Positions 11,921-24,952 are shown, counted from the first letter of the stretch. The stretch is DNA of 64,000 nt from Octopus sinensis (GCF_006345805.1 NC_043004.1:1612001-1676000); one strand, 5' to 3'. Notes: generated from the sequence alone by a model not told the origin. Numbers and translations are program-made.

Positions 11921-12709
11921 GCGCATGAGCAACTGGCTGATAGGTGGGAGGAGAAACCTCTGCACGGCAAATATGTGACCCGCAGCAAACAAGCTGATGT
12001 TGACCAGAAGCAAACCCATCAGTGGCTGCGGAGCTCAGGGCTAAAAGCAGAGAGCGAAGGTTTCATCCTGGCTGCTCAAGACCAAAGCCTATTAACCCGG
12101 AACTACCAGGCCAATGTGATGAAAAATGGAGCAGACCCAAAATGCCGATTCTGCAACGACATGATTGAAACAGTGGGCCACCTAATCTCTGGATGTAAAG
12201 TCTTAGCACCAGTGGAGTATAAATTAAGACATGATAGAGTTGTCCAATATCTCCACTGGCTAATAAGTCGGCATTACAATATCAAAACTGCCGACAAGTG
12301 GTATAATCACCACCCTGAGGCTGTAACTGAAGGAGAAAATGTAACCATTCTGTGGGACTTTCCAGTACATACAGACCGAACCATCAAGGCCAATAAACCA
12401 GATATTGTTGTGAAAGACCAAAACAATAAAGTTTGCTTATTGATCGACATGAGCATCCCCTGTGATCAAAATATCTCAGCGAAAGAGTTTGACAAGCTCA
12501 GAAAATATAAAGACCTACTCATTGAAATTGAGAAAATGTGGCATCTCAAGGCGGTTACAATACCAGTGATCGTAGGAGCACTAGGAATGATCAAGAAGGG
12601 AACCGAAAATTATATGAGAATGATCCCTGGCTTACCATCCCTGCAAGAAGTGCAAAAGATTGTCTTAACTGGTACATCACACGTATTGAGAAGAGCATTG
12701 TCGATGTGA
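11921..12709 (+). pseudogene. Partial ORF (262 codons, no start codon): CCHC zinc knuckle plus PD-(D/E)xK restriction-like endonuclease of an R4/Dong-like element
   Basis: CRFCNDMIETVGHLISGC (CCHC), RHDRVVQYLHW, ILWDFPV, NKPDIVVKD..LLIDMSIP, KYKDL, VTIPVIVGALG. The frame is open from 11921 (AHEQLADRWEEKPLHGKY). Confidence 0.9.
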
Positions 12710-12891
12710 GAACTGTTGCTGCTCATGTATTTTAATTTAACTTTAAAATTAAAAAAAAAAAAAAAAAAAAATTAACGAACTACTGAGTTTGGTTTAATGG
12801 CCTACCAATATACACTATGAGTTTCTTTGCCCTAGGAGTCGGGAAGACACTCGGCAAGAAATGGAAGAAAATTTGAAAGAAGAAAAAAAAA

Positions 12892-12934
<43 letters not shown>
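11921..12934 (+). mobile_element. R4/Dong-like non-LTR retrotransposon, 5'-truncated ~1 kb copy with 3' UTR and (AAT)n tail
   Basis: Starts immediately after (AAT)n. Contains the uninterrupted ORF listed separately, a 3' UTR (12710-12892) and a tail (12893-12934). Confidence 0.93.
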
Positions 12935-12937
<3 letters not shown>

Positions 12938-13471
12938 CAGATTTGTCAGCAAATTCTGTAACTTCGGAATCGTAGGTGCTTCATTCTAGACAATTAACAT
13001 TTACGAATTTCACCAAGTCTTTTTTTTTTTTATATTCTTTTAACAGCAGTATCACAGTTTTTCTTCTATTCTTGCGGAAAACAAAGAAGACGTGACACGA
13101 ATGCGAATTGCGAATCTTTCCAATCAACACTTACGTTAGATTTCAATGCAAAGAAAAAGATTCCATTTTTTTTTTCTTTTTGATTTTTTCTTTTCATTAT
13201 GGAGCGCTCCTTAGTTTCTGCAGACACCTGACCTTCAGTGCAAACCTTTTTTTCTTTTCTGTTCATAATCATATTGAACAAACGTAAATAAGTTAAAGAT
13301 ATCCTCTTACTGACATTTTGATAATATCAAAGCGAGGCATGTCACGTGCTTCAAGGCGCTCCAAAGCTTCACCGAACAAAGCTCTATGACATTCAGTTGT
13401 TTTATACGAGGGCAAAGTCTTCGGTTACAATTTTATTTTGTTATTTAAATTATTTATTATTATTATTATTA

Positions 13472-13527
<56 letters not shown>

Positions 13528-13723
13528 CGTTATTGTTATTGCTTTCATATCAGTTGAGGTTAATCTTACCTTTCATTTTTTCGAGCTTGATGAAATATAT
13601 ATTACCAATCCAGCAGAGGGGTCGATTTTATCACCTGACTCCTTTCTCAAAATTTTCTGTCCGTTCTGGCTATTTGCGTCTATATCAGTCCTGCTCTCTA
13701 CATTCTGGGTTCAAAAAGAACAA

Positions 13724-14239
13724 TGATTCTTTGGGGTAAGATATACGAAGCCCAGTATACCTACCACGACTACACAACTCATCTGATAAGTGTACTCTAG
13801 GCACATGTATCACAACGATATGTGCGCCACATAGTGATCTCATATCAAGATAAACAGTGCATGACCTTGCACATGGGGCCCAGTTAGAATTTTCTTTTCG
13901 CCGAGTAACACATCCGGCTCGAAAGGTCCTTGAATAAGGTTTGTTTAATATTGTTGAACGAAACCCCAATGGTTCCAGAGGTGAATTATCCAAACCCCAA
14001 AGAATTCCTCTCAACCTATGGCTATGATACTCCCCCACTACTTCTGCTCGTGATCAGAGATGCACATATTGTCAGCCACAAAGGACATGCTCAACTGGTT
14101 AAGATCAAACAACTAAAAAGCAAATCTGTGGTACTGAGCAGAGTATTTGCTGTAGCCCATCTTTTATACCAAGACCAAACAATTTACATGGTGGCACTTC
14201 CAATTAGTCAAGTTCAGAAGCCATGAGAACCAGTGTCTG
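13724..14239 (-). mobile_element. Diverged inverted copy of the ~555-bp unclassified repeat
   Basis: Reverse-complement homology to 10570-11090. A second partial copy follows at 14259-14308. Confidence 0.8.
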
Positions 14240-14309
14240 AGCAGCGCAAACCCTCTAAGTGATACCGGAGTAAAATATATGAAGCCCAGTATACCGAACA
14301 TGACCACCA

Positions 14310-14717
14310 GTATATTTATGGCTCAGAAACCTGGATTTATCAAAGAAGCTTGAGAGGCGGTTGGATGGAACCTACACTCGCCTCCTTATGAGAGCTCAAA
14401 ATCTCTCGTGGAAGCGCTATCCAACCAAAATGCAAATATATGGGAAACTACCACCTGTATCATCTCTTGTGAAAGGTAGGAGAGTCCAGCTTGCTGGACA
14501 TTATTGTAGAGCTGAAAAAGATGTAAATTCTACTCATCTCCTCTGGAAGCCATCTACTCGCAATACCAGAAGGCGCACACTCTCCTACCCTGATGTAATC
14601 TCCAGGGATACAGGCATCCAGCAACAGGACCTCCGTAATGCCATGATGGACCGTGAAGTCTGGCGTAGCATGGTAATTCCATTGCCTCGACCACGGTCGA
14701 ACAATGATGATGATGAT
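14310..14717 (+). mobile_element. RTE-clade LINE 3' fragment with (GAT)n tail
   Basis: YGSETW...ERRLDGTYTRLLMRAQNLSWK...RRVQLAGHYCR...AMMDREVWRSMV is a typical RTE ORF2 C-terminus, followed by a short tandem-repeat tail. Confidence 0.88.
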
Positions 14718-14723
14718 ATTTAT

Positions 14724-14951
14724 GGGCGGCGAGCTGGTAGAAACGTTAGCACGTCAGGCGAAGTGATTTGCGGTATTTCGTCTGCCGTTACGTTCTGAGT
14801 TCAAATTCCATCGAGGTTGACTTTATCTTTCCTCCTTTCGGTGTCGATTAACTAAGTACCAGTTACGCACTAGGGTCTATGTTATCGCCTTAATCCCTTT
14901 GTCCGTGTTTATCCCTTGTATGTTTAGCATCCGTTGCGCAATAAAGAAATA
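14724..14951 (+). mobile_element. SINE family B monomer
   Basis: gggcggcgagctggtagaaacgttagcacg...ttctgagttcaaattcc; followed by (ATT)n. Confidence 0.85.
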
Positions 14952-15008
14952 AAAAATTATTATTATTATTATTATTATTACTATTACTATTATTATTATT
15001 ACTATTAC

Positions 15009-15052
<44 letters not shown>

Positions 15053-15791
15053 GAGTAATACAGTTTTCGGAGGTGGGTTCCCTGATACGTTAAATGTAGT
15101 CTAACGTCCAAAAGACACATTTTTGTTATATATTTTGTTTTATATTTGTTGTTACCTCTTTATCAATGTTATGCGGTAGCAGCGCCATGCAGTAGTGTGT
15201 TACTAGCTCAAATATGCTTGGATTCGAACGTATCCTAAGCTTATTTGAACTGGCAATAAACCTTGTGTTTATTAATGTGTTTCCCGTGAATGTTGAGTTC
15301 ACCATTTTACACCATGTCAACTTCTAACCCGCTCTCACGTTTGTCATTTATTTTCTGCCTTACTTTTGTACTGTCCCCCAAATCTTCAATCCTCGTGGCC
15401 AATAAAAGAAATCATTAACATAATTATTGGGCTTCTCCGTTTTGTTTGCGAAGACGCAAGAATCGGAGATTTAGGATTCCTGAAAATTGATCTGTACTTG
15501 AAGACCGATCAGAGATGAATATTCATGAGGAAAAAAAAACACGTTTTGTTTTGGCTCCAATACAACAATATTTTGTGTCGGTGGAATTATTGAAATGGAA
15601 TTATTTTGGAGAGTAGAAGACAAAAAACGAAAGTGTTGGAAATGTTGGCCTCCGAAGACAGGTACTGGAAAGACACGTAAATAATAAAAAAAATAATGAA
15701 AAAAACCCCAGAAGTATAGTAAAAAAAAAGTTTACAAATGATCTTGCAAAGAGTTGCAAAATAATACAATTTCGATTGATAGATTCAGCAG

Positions 15792-15794
<3 letters not shown>

Positions 15795-15843
<49 letters not shown>

Positions 15844-15904
15844 ATATGTACACACGCGCGCACACACTCACATACACAGACAGGCAGACACACACACACA
15901 CACG

Positions 15905-15938
<34 letters not shown>

Positions 15939-16139
15939 ATATGTCCATGTACACACACACACATATATATGTATGTAAATATGTATATATACATACACAT
16001 ATATATATGTATATGTATGTGTTTTATATATATACATACACACATATATATATATATATGTGTGTGTGTGCACTTATGTCTGTATACACACATACTCATG
16101 TATACGCTTATGTGTGTATATATATATATATATATAATA

Positions 16140-16183
<44 letters not shown>

Positions 16184-16188
16184 TATAT

Positions 16189-16243
<55 letters not shown>

Positions 16244-16370
16244 CATATATTACTCACACAACTATAATACGCATACTTACATAAAGGCACATAAACTTAA
16301 CACTTAGAAACACAGACACAAACAGTCACTCACACATACATACACATACACACACATACTTATATATATA
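15795..16370. repeat. (TA)n/(CA)n low-complexity tract
   Basis: Visible directly; source of the YIYI and HTHT ORFs. Confidence 0.9.
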
Positions 16371-17020
16371 TTACTCTATAAATTAGTCAGGAGAAAAAGG
16401 TCAGTACCTCTGATCTTTAAAGGCCCAACCGGACTGATCTGATTGCGGCTGATGCTACTACAATCTAACGTATATATCGGCAGATCAGTTCGGAAGATAA
16501 GAATATGCGATTGTCCGGGCACGAGCGCATGTATGTTTGCGTGTGTGTGCATGTGGTAGAAGGGGGTGGAGGGAGAAAAAATATAAGACATTGCATTCAT
16601 TCTGTCTGGTATATATTTCGGTTCTAGGCTTGTGAAAGTGTCACCCGTAGCAGCATATGAACTATCAGTTCTTCGATATAGTCTTTCGATTCAGTGGTTA
16701 CAATCATTTGGTATAGCGGTATCCTTTGAGATATTATTTCAATAAAATTCTTTTGTTACATTATAAGAGTTGCAGGGGCTGTTCGCTGACGTGATGGGAA
16801 TTCTTAAGAGGAACAATATTTTCTTTAAACTAATATTGTTCTCTGATCAAATCCTGCATTCTGAGTTCAAATCTTTCTCTGTTAATTTTGACTCACAACT
16901 CACCCAAATTCCGTACTATAAAGACTAGTAACAAAAAATAAAAAAATACAGAAGTGTTCCGTCGAATGAAAACAAACGGAATGAAAACATCAATGTTTTA
17001 GATGTCTATTTAGGGTTTCG

Positions 17021-17414
17021 GTGGCTGTGCGGTAAGTAGCTTGCTAACGAACCACATGGTTCCGGGTTTAGTCCCACTGCGTGGCATCTTGAGCAAATGT
17101 CTTCTACTATAGCCTCGGGCCGACCAAAGCCTTGTGACTGGATTTGGTAGACGGAAACGGAAAGAAGCCCTTCGTATATATGTATATATATGTATGTGTA
17201 TATGTTGGTGTGTCTATGTTTGTTTCCGCAACATCGCTTGACAACCGATTCTGGTGTGTTTACGTCCCCGTAATCTAGCAGTTCAGCAAATGAGACCGAT
17301 AGAATAAGTACTAGGCTTACAAAGAATAAGTCCTGGGGTCAATTTGCTCGACTAAAGGCGGTGTTCCAGCATGGCCACAGTGAAATGACTGAAATAAGTA
17401 AAAGAGTAAAGAGT
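17021..17414 (+). mobile_element. SINE family A copy
   Basis: Full head, body and tail match 5032-5438. Confidence 0.88.
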
Positions 17415-17512
17415 CTGATTGCTTCTTTCACCACCTTCCCCTGTATTGATTACCCAGGTTATCCTCTCTGCTTTCTGGTAGTTTCTTTTCGTCCCTATTT
17501 CCTAGCAAAACA

Positions 17513-17595
17513 GTGAGTATAGTGAGTTTCTCGGCCCTGGGTGTTGAGAAGACACTCGGCAAGAAATGGATACACAATCGAAAGAAAACGGTGAC

Positions 17596-17657
<62 letters not shown>

Positions 17658-17680
17658 TAACAACAACAACAACAATAATA
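17513..17680 (+). mobile_element. R4/Dong-like 3' UTR fragment plus (AAT/AAC)n
   Basis: gagtttctcggccctgggtgttgagaagacactcggcaagaaatgga matches the 3' UTRs at 11800-11870 and 12820-12870. Confidence 0.75.
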
Positions 17681-17963
17681 AATACAGATTTGTCATCAAA
17701 TTCTGTATCTTCGGAATCGTAGGTACTTCATTCTCTGCTTTCTGGTCGTTTCTCTTCGTCCCTATTTCCTAGCAAAACATCTGCATCCTCCAGAATCAGG
17801 GTCGTCGTCGTTGTCGTCATCATCATCCATCCATCCATCCATCCATCCATCCATCCATCCATCCATCCATCCATCCATCCATCCATTCATCCAACACGGC
17901 TGCACTAGCCGTAAATAACAGAATTATTAGTCAAGTAAGGTGAAACTCAAAATTTTAATACCT

Positions 17964-18102
17964 ATTTCTTTATTACCCACAAGGGGCTAAACACAGAGGG
18001 GACAAACAAGGACAGACATAGGTATTAAGTCGATTACATCGACCCCAGTGCGTAACTGGTACTTAATTTATCGACCCCGAAAGGATGAAAGGCAAAGTCA
18101 AC
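17964..18102 (-). mobile_element. 5'-truncated SINE family B copy between 18-bp direct repeats
   Basis: ctcaaaattttaatacct occurs at 17946-17963 and 18103-18120. Confidence 0.75.
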
Positions 18103-20317
18103 CTCAAAATTTTAATACCTGCGTAGAGTACATCAGTATGCGCATACATGCATTCACACATTCATACACCTGGGTACATGAAAACCACATCAGTTCACTC
18201 ACACACACACACACATGCATAACACGTGTGTATACGATCGCACAAGCTAAGCCTTAAAGCACCCTTATTCCTCCTATGATATTCTTTATGAAAAACTCTC
18301 TCGTCTCCTTATTTCTCTCAATTTGTCATACTCTCTCACTTTCTCTCTCTCTCTCGCTTTCCCTCATCTCTCTCTCTCTATCTCTCATCTCCCTCTTCCT
18401 CTCACTTCACTTTCTCTTTCTTTCCCTCTCCCTCACTTTTTGTCCCGTCTCTCTCTCTCTCACTCACCTTACATCTAATTAGAAAGCGTTACTAAGAATA
18501 GTTTCACGGATGGAGGAGAGTATCTTCAAATGACAAAATAGAAAGATCGGGACCGAATACCACAAGGCATTAAGTCCAACCTTTTCTCACAGTCCTACCA
18601 GTTAAACGCCCGGAATCGGCCCTCTTTTATCGACCTCGCAAAGACTAAAGGCAAAGCTAACCCCAGCAGTATTTGAACTCTGAGCGTAGGGAGTTGGAAG
18701 AATTACCACAAGGCGTTGTAATCCGACGCTCTACTCACTCTACTAATTGACTATGGACGCACACACACACACACATACACACACACATATGCACTCACAC
18801 ACACACATATGCACTCACACACACACGTACATACATGCATATAGAAGCCTACTTCTATGAAATACACACTCATATTCACATATGAAATACACACACATAT
18901 GAAATACACACACATATTCACATACACAAGCCTACTTCATACACGCACACACACAAACAACACACCACACACACGTGCTAACAAACATACATGCATATAT
19001 ACACAAGCCTACATCACACATACATACACACACACACACGTATTTATATGCACACACAAGCCTACTTCACGTATGCACAGACACACAGACACACACACAC
19101 ACACACGTACACACCTATGCAACAATCATAATTCCGCACACAAATGCGAGCACGCGCGCCCACACATAGGGAAACCAAAGGCTTTTGTTGTCGGTTGAAC
19201 CAAGGTTATTTCTGTGATAGGGGCTGGATATAAGGTGAAACATTGGTTCTTCAAAAAAGGCGAGCAAACAAGTTTTCGCTTGGCAATCTTTTCGTGTAAA
19301 CACCTCCAATCCGATTAAGCTGTATTTAGCAGCGGGCGCTTGGCGTTTGGCTTTGCTAGTTGTCCTTTGGCTGTTGTTTGTGACTGCCGTCTTGCTTCTC
19401 TCGCCTCATTAAACATACAATAGCAATCCGTTTGATGTCCGCCATAGGAAGACAATCTCCAGAACCCGGATCACAAGTGTCTCAAAAACATTAAATACAT
19501 CGATCTTTCCCTCTACTTCTTTTTTTTTCTTTTTTATTAATATATATTTCTTTATTTGTCTGTTTTTTGCTATTTTTGTTTCTTTGTTCGTTTCTTACTT
19601 TTTACTCTGTCCTTCTTTGTGCGTGTATATATATATGTGTACATATATATATATATATATATGTGTGTGTGCTTGTGTGCGTGCGTGTGTGTGTGTACTT
19701 GTGTGGATGTATGTGTATGTGTGTCTGTATGTATATTACGTTCCATTATGACTATGTATACGTGTTGTTTGTGAATTTTCTTTTTATATATATATTTTTT
19801 GCTTGGATCACTGTTTTAATTTTATCCGACATCTTGCTTTCTTCTCATTATTTCTTCTCAATCTTCTCGCATTCAACTTTCCTTCTCCTTTTAATCATTC
19901 GTTCTGCCATTCATTCAATAATTATCTCCCCTTATCTTTTTCTTTATCGTAATATCTTTTTATTCTTTTTTCACACTATTTTTTCTTTTGTCTTCTTTCG
20001 TTAGTGTTTCTCTTTTTGTTGCTGTTATTTTTTGTTGCTGTTTTTGTTGTTGTTGTTGTTGTTACTGCTTTTATTGTAGTTTTCCCTTCTCTCTTTATCT
20101 CCCTGTTTTGTCTTTCCCTGTCTTTGCTTCTCCCCTCCGAACAGTTTCAAATTTTTTGTTATCCCTTTTTCTTTATTCGTTTATTTTTTCCGACATTTCT
20201 AAAAAGGTGTTCAGCCACATCCTTTATTCTGGCTGTTGCGCTCTCTCTCACTCTCTCTGTGTTTCACTCTTCCACTTTCTCTCTCGCTCACTGCGTGTGT
20301 ATATGTGTATATAAATA

Positions 20318-20365
<48 letters not shown>

Positions 20366-20402
20366 TATATATATATACATATACATACATACACACATAT
20401 AG

Positions 20403-20470
<68 letters not shown>

Positions 20471-20474
<4 letters not shown>

Positions 20475-20718
20475 GTTGGTGCATAATTACTGCGGCTTTT
20501 TCTCAACAAATTTTATTCAACAGAAACAATAGTAATATATAGAAAGCATCTTTAAATGACGGTCTGGCCGTCTGCCAAGTAAATGAGCAGCAGTAATTGA
20601 AGTAGATAGTGAATATGATCCGGAATAATCATTTAAAGATGTTTTTGTTACATGTTGTTATTGTTTTTGTTGAATAAAATTTGTTGAAAAAAGCCGCAAT
20701 AATTATGCACCAACCCAA
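20471..20718. mobile_element. Mariner-type MITE (248 bp) with ~52-bp TIRs and TA duplication
   Basis: Left TIR ttgggttggtgcataattactgcggctttttctcaacaaattttattcaaca, right TIR tgttgaataaaatttgttgaaaaaagccgcaataattatgcaccaacccaa; TA on both sides. Confidence 0.92.
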
Positions 20719-20724
20719 TATATT

Positions 20725-20915
20725 TTTCTTTATTGCCCACAGGGGGCTAAACACAGAGGGGAAAAACAAAGGAATTTAGTCGATTACATCGACCCCAGTG
20801 CGTAACTGGTGCTTATTTAATCGACCCCGAAAGGAGAAAAGGCAAAGTTGACCTCGGCAGACGAAATACGGCTGAGCATTTTGCCCGGCGTGCTAACGAT
20901 TCTGCTAGCTCGCCA
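20725..20915 (-). mobile_element. SINE family B copy (internally deleted)
   Basis: Reverse-complement match to the family consensus. Confidence 0.8.
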
Positions 20916-21087
20916 TTCCAATATATACATACACTATATAACCTATATGTATATGCGTATATGTACATATGTACAAACATACGCACAGGTGTAAATATAT
21001 ATATATATAGATACTATATATTATATATATGCGCCAGTACCAATATATACAGGTCAAAACTTTTCAATAAATGTATATTACTTATAA

Positions 21088-21465
21088 TTTTTGTTTCAGT
21101 CATTACACTGCGACCATGCTGGGGCAGCGCTCTGAAAAATTTTTCGTCGAACGTATCGAACCCAGAACTGATTTTTCAAGCTGGTACTTATTCTATTGTT
21201 TTTCTTTTGTCGAACTGCAAGATTACGGGGACATAAGCCCACCATCACCGGTTGTCAAGCGGTGGTGTGGGACAAGAACACACGCAAACACACACACACA
21301 CACATGTATATATATATACGACGGGATTATTTCAGTTTCTGTCAACCAAATCCACACAAAGCTTTCGTGGGTAAAGGGGCAATAGTAGAAGACACTTGCT
21401 CGCGGTGTCAGGCAGTGAGACTAAACTCAGAACCATGTGGTTGTAAAGTAAGCTTCTTACCACTA
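21088..21465 (-). mobile_element. SINE family A copy (diverged)
   Basis: Reverse-complement match including the internal (CA)n(TA)n. Confidence 0.8.
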
Positions 21466-24400
21466 ACTCAAACCTTTCGCATATTATATATATAATTATT
21501 ATGCAAGGCAGACAAGAATATCTCTAAGACGGAGAATAACACTCCACAGAGAACAATTCGGTTTCCAACGTTAAAGACGAATACCAGTAAGCGAACACTT
21601 TCTAATATAAATACACAAACCTACATATATTCGCATAAATATTTGTATGAAACCAAGTTGGAAAAGCCTGTTTTGTTAACTCTCCTTTTCTAAAATGTTT
21701 TCTTTAATTTCAAATTTTAAAGTTTTATATCAATTTCAAAAATTTAGAATTAAAAATTTTGTAATCATTTTTTGAATTCAATTTTTATTCCTATTTTCAT
21801 ACAAGTAGTTTATAATGTCTCACTTTCACATAGGCCTACAATAATACATAGGCCTAAAGTACGTTTGAACAAAAATTAAAGCAACATTTATAAACACATA
21901 GATAAGAAACTCTGCCTCCGTAAAACACAAAGTTAAAAAATTCTTCATATTAAAGTGCTTATAGAGCAATGAATCCAGAGGGAAACATACAGACCAACAA
22001 CCTTTACACCTATCCACGTTCTCTTGTGAACATCAAAGAACAAGACGAACACATTTCTATACTAACAACATCATGACATGCCAGCCTAATAACTGCCACC
22101 TTCCAAATACAAACAAGAAATACCATATACAACAGGCAAAGAAACTGATCAGCTAAAACATATTATAATCTTTTGTGAACCCTTAAAAACAGCATTATAA
22201 GTAATTTGATGCTCTCAATTACTAAGTTTTTAAATACTATATCAAACCTTGGACTTTGATCTCTACACTGACAATGTAAAGGATTGAATCCAATAAAACT
22301 AAAAATAACTAAAACTAATGATGCATCCGCTGGCCAAAATACTCACTAAACCTAGCTACATCCTTTTTTGTGAACCACTAAAAAACAGCTGTGTGACCTA
22401 AAGCTGACACACCTAAATATACACACCTGTTTATAAAGTTCTATATGCATGTATAAATTCTAAAAAAATAACATAACCACAAATTCAATCAGTTTCTCCG
22501 AAGCACCTCTCCATCATAACCCACATTACAACCCAGTTACCATTCCACTCAAACTCACACACCTATAGAAGATTTTAGCCCAACAAAGACTGTTTAAAGC
22601 CAAGATTAAATCGAATGCATCGCAGTCCAAAGCTTCAAAGTCTCTGTCAATTATATTCTTGCTTAAGAATAATAAATTTGTTCTTTATAAAAGTATAGAG
22701 TAATTCTTTAGGTTAATGTAAACTAGTATACAAGGTTCGCGGTTCCATCTTGTGACTGAAATCCTATCGATGGTAAGTGTGTGGAAATTTTCCGAATGGG
22801 TTGTACCAAGAGCACAAGGACCCACCCTTATCACATTGCTCCCTGTGGGAACGATATTAAGTTCACAACACGTAATTGTCGGGTCTTTAGATAATCATAC
22901 GTCATTTAATGATGCTGGATGTTGAGTTGGTCGAAGAACTGGAAAATCATGGTTGGAACGACTAATCTATTTTTACACCAGAATCCATACACCCACATCC
23001 ACAGATACACACGCCAGCGCACATACAGTCTATGTTTAGACTGTACAAGTTCATCTAAGTAGGGTATTTAATCACGTAGAGTGCACAATGATTCAAGATG
23101 CAGTCACTGCTATGACTTTATGTCTAACCGAATTAAACAAACAAGAATAATGAACCTGAAATACATAACATAAAGAAAATAAACTAAGAGATAGAGACAG
23201 AGACAGAAAGAGAGAAAGAGTGAGAGAAAGAAAGAGAGAGAGAAAGAAAGAGAGAAGTAGTAACTGGAGAGAAGATGTATAGAAATGTGTACGTAGAATT
23301 TTGTTTGTATGTTGAAGCTTGGTTTTATGGAGTAAAAGAAGGGATAGGGCGGTAAGAAAGAGAAGAATTTATTCCTTAGATCAACCATTATTATTTCATC
23401 TTTCATGTAAACATTAGTTTCGTCTCGAAATTAATCAGATTATAATATTTATTTAAGTATTTCTAATCCTGTTTAGAGTAGAGTCTCACGCTAATATATT
23501 AGCTGTTATGCTAATATCTAGTGAAAAATCAACGATGATTGTGGCAGTTTAATTAATGTTCTGCATTATCAAGTTAATTAGAACCAATTCATCAATAATT
23601 TACACAAAGACAAATGTGACAGATTACGTTATGAAATATAAAGAAAATATAAAAGACTACAATCCAAACAGAGCAAAAACAACTCACAGCATTAATGAAA
23701 CGAGCAGCATTCTGAAATATTATTCTCCATGCTAACTGTTCAGCTGCTGCTGTCTCAGTTACAACAACTTAGCAGAGACTCGTATTGGTTTCCTTTTAGA
23801 TTAAAAAAAAATTTTTTTTCAGTCGCCTTCTTCATTCTGATAGATTGGCAGAACCGTTAGAGCGTAGGACAAAATGCCTTCCGGTACTTCTTTCGGTTGT
23901 TGACATTCTGAGTTCAAATCCCGACAAGCTGATCTTTGTGTTTCGCCCTTCAGGGGTCAATGTAATACAATGTCAGTCAAGTATTGGAATTCGATACAAC
24001 CGACGTCGTTCCTTATCGGATTTCTATCCTGTGTAAGAAATTATTGTTCTTTACTTTCTAAAGGGTTGGGCGTAACAATAGCGGTAAAGCTTTCAAACCA
24101 AAAGCGTTTTCGTATTTCGATACATTCGGAGTTCAAATCCTGCTGGGCTTGACTTTGCTTTACATTCCATCAGAGGTCGATAAACTATAACCAGTTAGGT
24201 TCGGAGATGGGAATCACCAGCATGGTCGGATTTTCCTTCTCCACAAATTTGTATCCTTCTTAACTAAATTATACATTACTATTTAACCCACGTAGTATAG
24301 AGAATGGGAGAAGCAAATGTGATCTGAAAGAAAATCTCTTGCAGTAGTGATACCTGTCTGGTTATGCCCCAAATTCCAATCTCAACGGGAACATTCTTAT

Positions 24401-24736
24401 TCTGCTTAACTTTAAATAAAGCTATGAATTTATGGAGTAGGAACGATCTGTTATATCGAAAAGCTTCATCTCAGAAAATAACTGCTACTATTTGTCGACC
24501 ACGGACTGGATGAAAAGTAAGTTCGACCTCAGCAAGATTTGAAATGCACAGCTTTTCAGCTGTCAATGTAAGCTATCCTTCTATATCAAACGTCTCTATA
24601 AGATGCAGTGGGCTCATAGGTGAATGAATGAGTAACACCGAAACGTTTCATTGGAGCTAACCAAACACGAAGTGCATTTCATGTTTGAAACTCTGATGGA
24701 TCTTTAATGCTCTGATGGAGCTATAAGGCGATACTC

Positions 24737-24952
24737 TTTTCTACTCTAAGCAGAAGGCTCGAAATGTTTTTGGGGAAGGGGCCAGTCGATTAGATCGACC
24801 CCAGTACGCAACTGGTACCTAATTTATCGACCCCGAATGGATGAAAGGCTAAGTCGACCTCGGCGGAATTTGAACTCAGAACGTAAAGTCAGGCGAACTA
24901 CCGCTAAGTATTTCGCCCGATATGCTAACGATTCTGCCAGCTCGCGGCCCTT
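24737..24952 (-). mobile_element. SINE family B monomer with 15-bp TSD
   Basis: tataagg(c/t)gatactc at 24722-24736 and 24953-24967 flanks the copy. Confidence 0.88.

Noticed and set aside
13930-14226. 98-aa ORF as a protein
   Set aside because: It lies within the 555-bp interspersed repeat and has no recognisable motif.
21780-22700. Calling the A/C-skewed segment a NUMT
   Set aside because: Composition is suggestive, but no rRNA, tRNA or respiratory-chain motif could be read; kept only as a low-interest finding.
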